Below, one piece after another: positions 51,423 to 59,670 of a stretch of 64,000 nucleotides of DNA. The translations under genes were made by a program, and so were the position numbers. The stretch covers positions 96,001 through 160,000 of the forward strand of contig CAWFGE010000010.1 of the NCBI GenBank assembly GCA_963815195.1, written 5' to 3'. The notes beneath the pieces were generated by a model. That model worked only from the letters and a program-made list of their open reading frames with translations. It ran no database searches and was not told the DNA's origin. Every line of letters begins with the position of its first letter. The first letter of the stretch is position 1. The stretch is from an uncultured Planctomycetaceae bacterium. GTDB taxonomy: Bacteria; Planctomycetota; Planctomycetia; Planctomycetales; Planctomycetaceae.

Positions 51423-52616
51423 ATGGCCGACTTTTTTGAGCGCAGCTTAATCATCCACGAGCAACTTCGCGGGAAGATTGGCATTCACAACAAAATGCCG
51501 GTCCTCAACCGGGACGACCTTTCGCTCGCGTATACCCCCGGCGTCGCCCGCCCCTGCGAGATCATCGCCGAGTCTCCCGAACGGGCTCGCGATTTGACCA
51601 TCAAACGAAACTCTGTCGCCGTGGTCAGCGACGGCTCGGCAGTGCTCGGGCTGGGGAACATCGGCCCGCTGGCGGCGATTCCCGTCATGGAAGGCAAAGC
51701 CCTGTTGTTCAAGGAGTTCGCCAACATCGACGCCTGGCCGATCTGCCTGGATGTGCCCGCCGAGGACGACGAGCAATCCATCGCGGAGATTGTGACCACC
51801 GTCCGCCGCATCGCTCCGGTGTTCGGAGGCATCAACCTGGAAGACATTTCCGCCCCCAGGTGTTTCGCCATTGAAGACCAACTGCAGGATTTGGGCATTC
51901 CCGTATTTCACGACGACCAGCACGGCACCGCGATCGTGCTCCTGGCCGCGATCATCAATGCCGCGAAAATCCAAGGCCGGGAACTGACGGACCTTCGCGT
52001 GGTGATCAACGGAGCCGGAGCCGCGGGATCGGCGATCGCCAAACTGCTCCGCTGCGTCGGCCATCAGCCCGATGTCTGCATTCCCGTCAAAGACATCGTG
52101 CTTTGCGATTCGCGCGGCGCGATTCACCGCGACCGCGGCGACCTCTCCGCCGCCAAGCGGGAACTGCTCGCCTGGACCAACCGCGAGAACCGCCAGGGCA
52201 CACTGAAAGAAGTTCTCGCCGGCGCGGACGTGTTCATCGGCGTGAGCAAGGGAAATCTTTTGAACGGCGACGACATTCGCCGGATGGCAAAGGATCCGAT
52301 CATCCTCGCGATGGCCAATCCCATCCCGGAAATCATGCCCGACGAAGCCATCGACGCCGGAGCCGCCATCGTGGGGACGGGCCGCAGCGATTTTCCCAAC
52401 CAGGTGAATAACGTGCTGGTGTTTCCGGGAATTTTTCGCGGAGCGCTCGATGCCGGTGCCCCGCGAATCACCGAGACCATGAAGATCACCGCAGCCCGGG
52501 CATTGGCTTCCGCGATTGACAATCCCGATCGCGAGCACATCCTGCCGGACCCGCTCGATCACGCCGTCGCCCCCAAAATCGCCGCCGCCGTCGCCGAAGC
52601 CGCTCGGGAAGAATAG
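51423..52616 (+). CDS. NAD(P)-dependent malic enzyme (short form, no PTA domain)
   Basis: LSLAYTPGVA, DGSAVLGLG, MEGKALLFK, INLEDI, FHDDQHGT, NGAGAAG, MANP.PE, GRSDFPNQVNN. Confidence 0.95.
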   Translation: MADFFERSLIIHEQLRGKIGIHNKMPVLNRDDLSLAYTPGVARPCEIIAESPERARDLTIKRNSVAVVSDGSAVLGLGNIGPLAAIPVMEGKALLFKEFANIDAWPICLDVPAEDDEQSIAEIVTTVRRIAPVFGGINLEDISAPRCFAIEDQLQDLGIPVFHDDQHGTAIVLLAAIINAAKIQGRELTDLRVVINGAGAAGSAIAKLLRCVGHQPDVCIPVKDIVLCDSRGAIHRDRGDLSAAKRELLAWTNRENRQGTLKEVLAGADVFIGVSKGNLLNGDDIRRMAKDPIILAMANPIPEIMPDEAIDAGAAIVGTGRSDFPNQVNNVLVFPGIFRGALDAGAPRITETMKITAARALASAIDNPDREHILPDPLDHAVAPKIAAAVAEAAREE

Positions 52617-52625
52617 CCGATCGGC

Positions 52626-53708
52626 TTAACCGGCGCGCTTGCGCTCTTTCGCCATGCGGAAATGCGGTCCCGTCAATCCCTCGGCATGGCCGTCCCAGCG
52701 GTGCGTGTTGACGGCCTGCACGATTCGCTCGGCGACTTGCATCGCCTCGAGGGCTTGCCCGCCGTCACACGCGGGCTGTCTATTGAATTGCACGGCTTCG
52801 ACAAAGCTGACAAGCTCCGCCGTGAGCGCATCCTCATTGGTCACGCTGGGAGTCATGACTTCGAGAAACGTGCCGAACACATCTCGCTTGAGTTGCTCGA
52901 TATCCGCCCCCGGCTGGCTGGCGCGTTCCAGCGGAGGCGTGCCGTACATTAGGGTTTCCGAGGGCCGATAATGCACGACTTCCCGCGAAGTAAAGTCCAC
53001 CAAGGTCCGGCCGCCGGGCGACCAGATTTCCATCGACCGCCGGGGCGTGGGATTTACGCGATTGGCCACCAGGTCGGCAATGCAGCCATTCTCGAATGTG
53101 AGTCTCGCCCGCACGCTGTCTTCGTTTTGTCCCATAATGCACACGCCAAAGGCGTCCACATGCACGACCGGCGATTGCACGAGGCTCAAGGACAGGTCGA
53201 TGTCGTGAATCATCAAGTCATGCACAACGCCTATATCCGTCGAGCGAAAACTATAGGGGCTTAATCGCTCGGCATGAATATACCGAGGTTCGCCGCAAAT
53301 ACTAAACGCCGCCTGGCTGGCTGGATTAAACCGCTCGACATGACCAACTTGAAGTAAGACATTCCGCGCGTGAGCAAGTTCGACGAGTTCAGCGGCTTGA
53401 TCTTCGTTTGAGGCAAGGGGCTTTTCGACGAGGATTGGAATGCCGCGCTTAAGAAACTCGGACGCCACGGCGAGATGATAGGTCGTCGGCACAGCAATAC
53501 AGGCCGCCTCGAGGGGCAGGTTCTCATCGAGCAATTCGTGGTAGTCACTAAACCACTTTGTTCGATGAGCGTCGGCGACTGTTTGGCCGACTTTTGAATT
53601 CGGATCGGCGACTCCCAGCAGATTGACCGAATCAAGTTGAGACAAAATGCGGGCATGATGCCGGCCTAATGCCCCCACGCCCACGACCGCCATATTCAAT
53701 CGGCTCAT
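52626..53708 (-). CDS. Gfo/Idh/MocA oxidoreductase (GnnA-like), translationally coupled to lpxA
   Basis: VVGVGALG, AVPT, LVEKP, QVGHVERFNP, DLMIHDID; ATGA overlap with the lpxA stop. Confidence 0.9.
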   Translation of the reverse strand: MSRLNMAVVGVGALGRHHARILSQLDSVNLLGVADPNSKVGQTVADAHRTKWFSDYHELLDENLPLEAACIAVPTTYHLAVASEFLKRGIPILVEKPLASNEDQAAELVELAHARNVLLQVGHVERFNPASQAAFSICGEPRYIHAERLSPYSFRSTDIGVVHDLMIHDIDLSLSLVQSPVVHVDAFGVCIMGQNEDSVRARLTFENGCIADLVANRVNPTPRRSMEIWSPGGRTLVDFTSREVVHYRPSETLMYGTPPLERASQPGADIEQLKRDVFGTFLEVMTPSVTNEDALTAELVSFVEAVQFNRQPACDGGQALEAMQVAERIVQAVNTHRWDGHAEGLTGPHFRMAKERKRAG

Positions 53709-54562
53709 GCCGCCCTCCGATGTTCTGATGCCGCGTCTTTCGGCTTGGAATTGCGGACCGCCTCGCGGGCGCGTCCCATCTTGCCGTTTTGTTGTGCATC
53801 CAGGAAGTTTAACAGTGTTGTCAGTTCCAGCGGCAGAACGCCGCCGAGTTCATCGTGGAGTATCTCGCGCGCCGCCTCGACTTTTTTATGTTCGCGATAG
53901 ATCAGCCGATGCGTGCGTTTGATCACGCGGACCGTATCGTTGGAGATTCCCCGCCGCCGCATGCCTACGACATTGATCGTCTTAATCTCCGGATCGTCGC
54001 TGCCCGCGGAAAGCATATAAGGAGGAATATCGTGCGGAACCCGGCAACCGCCGCTGACGAACGACAAAGTCCCCAGCGTCGAAAAGTGATGCACGACCGA
54101 GTTGCCGGACACAATCGCTCCATCGTGCACGTGCACGTGCCCGCCGAGCAACACGCCGTTGACGAGAATCACCTGGTTAAAGATGTGACAGTTGTGCGCA
54201 ACGTGGCTATTGATCATCAAAAGATTCCGGTTGCCGATCCGCGTGGTATAGTCTTCTTTCTCGGCCCCCGCATTCACGGTGACGCCTTCGCGGAATTGAT
54301 TCTCGTCTCCGATTTCGACATAAGTGACGGCATCGTCTCGCCAGCTAATATCCTGGGGCGGAGTGCCGATAACACAGTTCGGGAAAAACCGGTTGTTCTT
54401 GCCGATGGTCGTGTGCCCGACGATGGTGACGTGGCTGTCGATTTTGGTGCCGGCTCCAATTGTCACATGGGGGCCGACATGACAAAACGGCCCGATTTCC
54501 ACATCGTCCGCAAGTTTTGCACGGGGGTCAACATCGGCGAGAGCTGATATTCTTGGGGACAT
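53705..54562 (-). CDS. lpxA: Acyl-ACP--UDP-N-acetylglucosamine acyltransferase
   Basis: Hexapeptide repeats, IGTPPQD, REGVTV, SHVAHNC, GGHVHV, VHHF, DIPPY, NVVGMRR. Confidence 0.93.
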   Translation of the reverse strand: MSPRISALADVDPRAKLADDVEIGPFCHVGPHVTIGAGTKIDSHVTIVGHTTIGKNNRFFPNCVIGTPPQDISWRDDAVTYVEIGDENQFREGVTVNAGAEKEDYTTRIGNRNLLMINSHVAHNCHIFNQVILVNGVLLGGHVHVHDGAIVSGNSVVHHFSTLGTLSFVSGGCRVPHDIPPYMLSAGSDDPEIKTINVVGMRRRGISNDTVRVIKRTHRLIYREHKKVEAAREILHDELGGVLPLELTTLLNFLDAQQNGKMGRAREAVRNSKPKDAASEHRRAA

Positions 54563-54685
54563 CCGATCATTCCTAGAATGAGATCGAAGACCAAAACGGC
54601 ACAGGGTGCCAAGAATCCTGACAACGGCACCCGAGCGAGGCGGCCGGGGTCTTAAACTTCATCGATTCGTTTGGCATTCCTCTTC

Positions 54686-54712
54686 TTATCGGCATTTTGG
54701 CGGAGGCTTTGA
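54686..54712 (-). promoter_or_regulatory. sigma28 (FliA)-like promoter upstream of lpxA
   Basis: Minus strand TCAA-N15-GCCGATAA. Confidence 0.5.
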
Positions 54713-54790
54713 GCGATCGTTCGCATCACAAGAAAAAGTTTTCCGATTTTGCAATCGCCACTTACTAATATGTCAACGTAGGAGCGATCG

Positions 54791-55690
54791 CTAGGCCGCA
54801 TCGTATTCTGAGCGCGAAAAATGGTTGGGGTGTGTTTCTATCAGTTTGCGCGCGAGGTCCTGGTTGAGACGATGTCCAGATCTCTCCGCGCGAAAGTGTC
54901 CGATCAGATCGCAGCCCAGCAAAGACAAGTCGCCGATGCAATCGAGCAACTTATGCCGAGCGCACTCATCTTTAGCGCGCAAGGTATTTCCGATCACTCC
55001 GTCCTTGCCGTAGATCAAGAGATCTTTTTCCCGAGTTCGGCTGCCGTAACCCGCCGCGCGGAGCATTTCGATTTCCGTTTCGAGAATAAAGGTCCGCGCG
55101 AAGGCGAGGTCGTGCACGAAGCACTCCGGCGTAATTTCCTTGAGCAGCGACTGCCGCGGGATCGGAGATTCCGCACCATAGTCGAGCCGGTATTCAATGG
55201 TGAATGTGTGGGACGGACTCGGAACGGCCAGGATGGACGAACCGTCCCGGCCGCGGATTTCCGTCGGCCGCTCGACAAAAAAGCACACGCGGGGTTCGAC
55301 TTGAGGGACGATTTCCGTGCTCAAGAGGGAGTCCACAAACGCCAGCGACGAACCGTCGCCGCCGGGCAGTTCCGGCCCGTTGAGTTGAACGAGGCAGTTA
55401 TCGATTTGCAGTCCCGCCAAGGCCGCCAGCACGTGCTCGGTGAGTTCCACCGACGCGTCCCGGTTGCCGAGGGCGGTGCGGCGTTCGCGCGGCACGAGAT
55501 AGTCGATGTGGGCGGGAATTGGCTCGGAACCTGCAACATCAAGCCGCTGAAATTGAACCCCGTGATGCGGCGGGGCCGGCAGGAAGCGGACGGTGACGTC
55601 GGCCCCCGTAAAAAAGCCGACCCCTCGGGTTTCGACCGGTTCGGCGATGGTGTGTTGAGGGCGAGGGCGGTACGCGGTTCGACCCAACAT
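54791..55690 (-). CDS. lpxC: UDP-3-O-acyl-N-acetylglucosamine deacetylase
   Basis: QHTI...GVGFFTG, TEHVLAAL, DGSS, ARTF, HKLLDCIGDL, SGHRLN. Confidence 0.93.
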   Translation of the reverse strand: MLGRTAYRPRPQHTIAEPVETRGVGFFTGADVTVRFLPAPPHHGVQFQRLDVAGSEPIPAHIDYLVPRERRTALGNRDASVELTEHVLAALAGLQIDNCLVQLNGPELPGGDGSSLAFVDSLLSTEIVPQVEPRVCFFVERPTEIRGRDGSSILAVPSPSHTFTIEYRLDYGAESPIPRQSLLKEITPECFVHDLAFARTFILETEIEMLRAAGYGSRTREKDLLIYGKDGVIGNTLRAKDECARHKLLDCIGDLSLLGCDLIGHFRAERSGHRLNQDLARKLIETHPNHFSRSEYDAA

Positions 55691-55746
55691 AAAACGGAGG
55701 CTTTCTAATGCGAGAATCAGCGGCGGGACGTTGGGACGCGGACTCT

Positions 55747-55786
55747 AAAGCAAAACCGGCAGCCCCCACCGAGGGAGTTGCCGGTT
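55747..55786 (-). terminator. Intrinsic terminator after skp
   Basis: Minus strand CCGGCAACTCCC-TCGGT-GGGGGCTGCCGG followed by TTTTGCTTT. Confidence 0.7.
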
Positions 55787-55837
55787 CGAGGGAATCCTAT
55801 TCCACAAGGGAGTGCGGTGTTTTCACTTGCCCCAAGA

Positions 55838-56486
55838 CTAGTTCCGCGACGGAGCCGGCCCGCGAGCCTGTCCAGGCTGTCCAGGCTGTCCAGCCTGTTG
55901 TGTATAGCGCTGGTTCAGATATTTTAACACCGATTCGCTAATGTCGTCTTTGACGCTGAAATACACCACCTGGCGGTTCATGCTCTGCATGACTTCTTCG
56001 GGATTGCTCGAGGAGCCGATGTCCTCGCGGTTGAACCGCAAGATCAAAGCGTATCTTGTAGTGTTGAGCATAGAGTTTGACGGCGTCGGCGATTTCCAAG
56101 TAAACCGTTTTATAGATGTCGGCTTCTTTCCGCATAAAGTCCCGCTGGGCGACCTTGCGGAACGCTTCGAAATCGGACACCAGCTTCGCCAGTTCTTTTT
56201 CGTGCTGCAGATACTCCGGCGTGCCTTCGGTGAAGGCCTTCATTTGATCCTGCACGGTTTTGATGTGCGCGGCCATCGATTTGGCCTGCTGATCGCTGTT
56301 TTGGATTTCCGCTTTCAGATCATCCCTGAGGGCTTTGAACTTGTCATAGTTCTTGAACACGTGGGCCATGTCGATCAAGCCGACGCGGCTGGGGGCTGGG
56401 GTGTCTTGGGCAGAGGCCGTTTGGACGGACAACAAACATCCGAAGGTGAGAGCCACTGCGAAACTTGAGAGAATCGATTTCTTCAC
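55838..56486 (-). CDS. skp: OmpH/Skp outer-membrane chaperone; frameshift near 56054
   Basis: Signal peptide, VGLIDMAHVFKNY, coiled coil; the second frame gives YALILRFN...DISESVLKYLN; upstream of lpxC-lpxA. Confidence 0.85.
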
Positions 56487-56804
56487 GGCCTATGCACTCC
56501 TTTGCTAAACAAACGCCCGAACGGGCAACCGATGCCCTTCCGCGGGCATTTGCAGAACATTGCGAATCAGGGCATCCGCACAACGGTGATCGGCCGGGTA
56601 TTTTGCACACCGCGTTAATCTCGTCAAGAGAAGTCTGTCCCCAAATCGACGCGAAATGTTGTCGCGTAAAGAGATTCCTTCTGTACTAACCAACACGCAA
56701 ATTCGTTGAGGCGGTTTCTTGTTGGAATGGAAACGAGCGGTTATGGTGGCACGGCAATGAAAGTCTTCATCTCCCAAAATCGCGCCCCATCGAAGGAGCT
56801 TTTG

Positions 56805-58367
56805 ATGAACACCACGCCGCAGAGCCGTCGGGATTGGTTGAAGTCCGCCGCTTGGGGAATTGCCTCCACGGGGGCCGTGATCGGCAGCGGTTTTCGGCTC
56901 GAGGCCGCGGAAGACGCGGAGGTGATCGAGATCGGCAATCGGCGCGAGCTGTTTATTGACCGCTATCTGATCGACCGAATGAGCGGCGGGGCGGAGCGGC
57001 GGCTGCATCATCCCGTGCCTCAACAAATCGTCCTGGAGCACGATGCCCCGTGGGAAGGCACGGGCAGCGGGTATCACAGCGTGTTCCAAGACGGCGATGT
57101 GTACCGCATGTACTACAAAGCCTGGCATTTGGCAGTGTCCAAGGGCAAAGTCAACACAAAGCGGCATCCTCTGTTTTGCTGCCTGGCCGAGAGCAAGGAC
57201 GGCATCGCCTGGCGGAAACCCGAATTGGGTTTGCACGAGTTCGAAGGCTCGAAGAAAAACAACATCGTCCTGGCCAGCGGAACGTTGGGGCCGCTGAATG
57301 TCGATGCCGGGCATCCGGCGGTGTTTCGCGACGAGAACCCGGCCGCCCCGGACGAGTCCCGCTATAAAGCGATTGTCCGGTCTTCCAAACCCAACGGCTT
57401 GCTGCCTTTCCGATCGCCCGACGGTTTGCATTGGTCGCCGATGACAGACAAGCCGATCCTCACCGGCTTAGGAGCGTTTGACTCGCAGAACCTTGCGTTT
57501 TGGGATGCCCGCATCGGCCGCTACCGGGCGTATTGGCGAATCTTCACCGGCGGCCGGCGGGCGATTCGCACCGCCCTGTCGGAGAACCTGATCGATTGGG
57601 GCCCGCATCACGATTTGACCTACGAAGATTCCCCGCCCGAGCAGCTTTACACGAACCAGATCAAACCCTACCACCGGGCGCCGCACATCCTGATCGGTTT
57701 TCCCACGCGGTACGTCGACCGGGGTTGGTCGGAGGCTATGAAAGCCTTGCCGGAGCGCGAGCACCGCGAATTGCGGGCGTCTGCTGTCGAGAGGTACGGA
57801 ACCGCGATCACGGAAGGGTTGCTGATGGCCAGCCGGGACGGGGTGAAGTTCAAACGGTGGAACGAAGCCTTTCTGCGGCCGGGCGTCGAACGGCCCGGCT
57901 CCTGGCATTACGGGCAGCAGTACATCGCCTGGCATCTGGTGGAAACGAAGTCGGCCCTTCCCGGCGCTCCGAACGAGCTTTCGCTGTACGCCGGCGAAAG
58001 CTATTGGACCGATCCCGGCAGCGCGGTCCGGCGATATACGTTGCGGTTGGACGGCTTCGTCAGCGTGAACGCTCCGCTTGAAGGCGGCGAGTTCGTGACG
58101 AAACCGCTGCGGTTTACCGGATCGAAGCTCGCGCTCAACTTCGCCACGTCCGCCGCCGGGAGCGTGAAAGTCGAACTCCAGGATGCAAACGGCAAACCGC
58201 TCGCAGGCTACGCCCTCGCCGATTGCCCCGATCACTTCGGCGACACGATCGAGCGCAGCGTCGTCTGGAAAAACGGGCCGGATGTCAGCCCGCTCGCCGG
58301 CCGATCCGTGCGGCTCCGGTTTCAACTGAAAGACGCCGACCTCTATGCGTTTCGATTCACGGAATGA
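56805..58367 (+). CDS. Tat-exported beta-propeller glycoside-hydrolase-like protein
   Basis: SRRDWLK; RELFID, YRMYY, Asp-box-like SKDGIAW/SPDGLHW/SRDGVKF, FDSQN, LRLDGFVS, DADLYAFRF; AAGGAG RBS. Confidence 0.78.
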   Translation: MNTTPQSRRDWLKSAAWGIASTGAVIGSGFRLEAAEDAEVIEIGNRRELFIDRYLIDRMSGGAERRLHHPVPQQIVLEHDAPWEGTGSGYHSVFQDGDVYRMYYKAWHLAVSKGKVNTKRHPLFCCLAESKDGIAWRKPELGLHEFEGSKKNNIVLASGTLGPLNVDAGHPAVFRDENPAAPDESRYKAIVRSSKPNGLLPFRSPDGLHWSPMTDKPILTGLGAFDSQNLAFWDARIGRYRAYWRIFTGGRRAIRTALSENLIDWGPHHDLTYEDSPPEQLYTNQIKPYHRAPHILIGFPTRYVDRGWSEAMKALPEREHRELRASAVERYGTAITEGLLMASRDGVKFKRWNEAFLRPGVERPGSWHYGQQYIAWHLVETKSALPGAPNELSLYAGESYWTDPGSAVRRYTLRLDGFVSVNAPLEGGEFVTKPLRFTGSKLALNFATSAAGSVKVELQDANGKPLAGYALADCPDHFGDTIERSVVWKNGPDVSPLAGRSVRLRFQLKDADLYAFRFTE

Positions 58368-58379
58368 TTTTGGCGCAGA

Positions 58380-59387
58380 TCAGTCATCTTCTTCCTCCCA
58401 CTCCTCGGGGCGGTAGTCCGGCTCGTTGTTGGGCCCGATCCAATAATCGGATTTCTCATAATCCGGGTAGCCTCCCAAATGCTTGAGTCCGTCTTCGTCG
58501 AATTCCTCGAAGCCTTCATATTCATCGTAGCCTTCGACCCATTCGCCGTCGACCTGCCGTTTGCCTTGCGTGTCGATGTGCCCGTCGTCATAGAGGATCT
58601 CATCATCGTACGACAGGAACTCCGGCTCCGGGCGTTCGCTCTTTTTCAGATAGCTCGTCAAGGGCAGGTTGCCGTTCTCGTGTTCCAGCTTGTCTCCAAA
58701 CCGGAACAAGAGCCGCTCCCAACCGTCCCGGCTGAAGGGATTCTGCGAAAGCACGATCCGCTTGAGGCCCGGCAGCCGGCCCTCCGCCAGGAGCATGTCC
58801 AGGCTCAAGTCCGTCAATCCCGCGTCGACCAGGCCGAGTTCTTGGGCGTTTTCCAAGTAACGCGACTTCAATAACCCGGCGAGCCCCGCGTCCCCCAATC
58901 GGTTGTGCCTGAGATCGAGTTTCGCGAACCGCGACAACGCCCGCCAGCGGGAAAGCGGCCCGAGGACGTTGGGCACATTCCATAACCGGAGCGAACCCAG
59001 CGGCCCCAACTGCCGAAACGTGTCGAACGAACTCATCAACGTCCCGGCATCGACGCTGAGATGCTCCACAAAACCCCGCCGATATTTCCAGCCGCGCACC
59101 AGACCCCGCCGGGACCGAACCAATCCTTTGAGGGACGATTGATTGAGCAGTTGATGAAGCGGAGCGTCCCAGACCTTGCGGTATTCCTTGAGCAGTTCGC
59201 GCTGGCGGTTTTCCATTTCCGCCCGCCACGAATGCTGCCGGGGCAGGCGGTCGAGGGCGATCTGCACTTGAATAAACTCCGCCCGCGGATCGCCATGCTC
59301 CCGGTACCAGTCGGCAAACACCAGCCGCAGGTCCAAATCTTCCGGGGCATCCAGCATGGCTTGAAACAACTGGCTTTCGAGGCTCAT
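58380..59387 (-). CDS. TIGR02996 domain protein with LRR-like repeats and an acidic tail
   Basis: DAPEDLDLRLVFADWYREHGDPRAEFIQVQ, YRRGFVE, LDLRHNRLGDAG. Confidence 0.9.
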   Translation of the reverse strand: MSLESQLFQAMLDAPEDLDLRLVFADWYREHGDPRAEFIQVQIALDRLPRQHSWRAEMENRQRELLKEYRKVWDAPLHQLLNQSSLKGLVRSRRGLVRGWKYRRGFVEHLSVDAGTLMSSFDTFRQLGPLGSLRLWNVPNVLGPLSRWRALSRFAKLDLRHNRLGDAGLAGLLKSRYLENAQELGLVDAGLTDLSLDMLLAEGRLPGLKRIVLSQNPFSRDGWERLLFRFGDKLEHENGNLPLTSYLKKSERPEPEFLSYDDEILYDDGHIDTQGKRQVDGEWVEGYDEYEGFEEFDEDGLKHLGGYPDYEKSDYWIGPNNEPDYRPEEWEEEDD

Positions 59388-59536
59388 CACTTCCCCGCGA
59401 TTGTCAAAGGCCCAATTCTCGCGATAGACTGGCGGCAACGTCCGACCCTGTATTCGTATATTCCGTTATGCGCCAAGCCCGCTCGATTTTCAATCATTGT
59501 CCAAACGAGGGCCGACGCAACCTTCCAACGAATCCT

Positions 59537-59615
59537 GCCCCGTTCGTCTAAGAGTAAGACAATCGGCGTTAGCACAATGAACCGATAGATGGGGGTGCAA
59601 CTCCCCCACGGGGCC
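59537..59615 (+). ncRNA. tRNA-Glu-like RNA with an expanded (15-nt) anticodon loop and no readable anticodon
   Basis: Acceptor GCCCCGT/ACGGGCC + A, D-arm GTCT/AGAC, anticodon stem ATCGG/CCGAT, 4-nt variable loop, T-arm GGGGG-TGCAACT-CCCCC. Confidence 0.75.
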
Positions 59616-59670
59616 ATTCGGTAATCAATCTTCTCCTGTCTTCAACCCTTCACTGATTCGGAAAGACAAC

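Noticed and set aside
59591..59615. tmRNA 3' end or prophage att site
   Set aside because: The matching 5' acceptor strand and D arm lie within ~55 nt upstream, giving a compact cloverleaf; there is no tag reading frame, integrase or second copy in the window.
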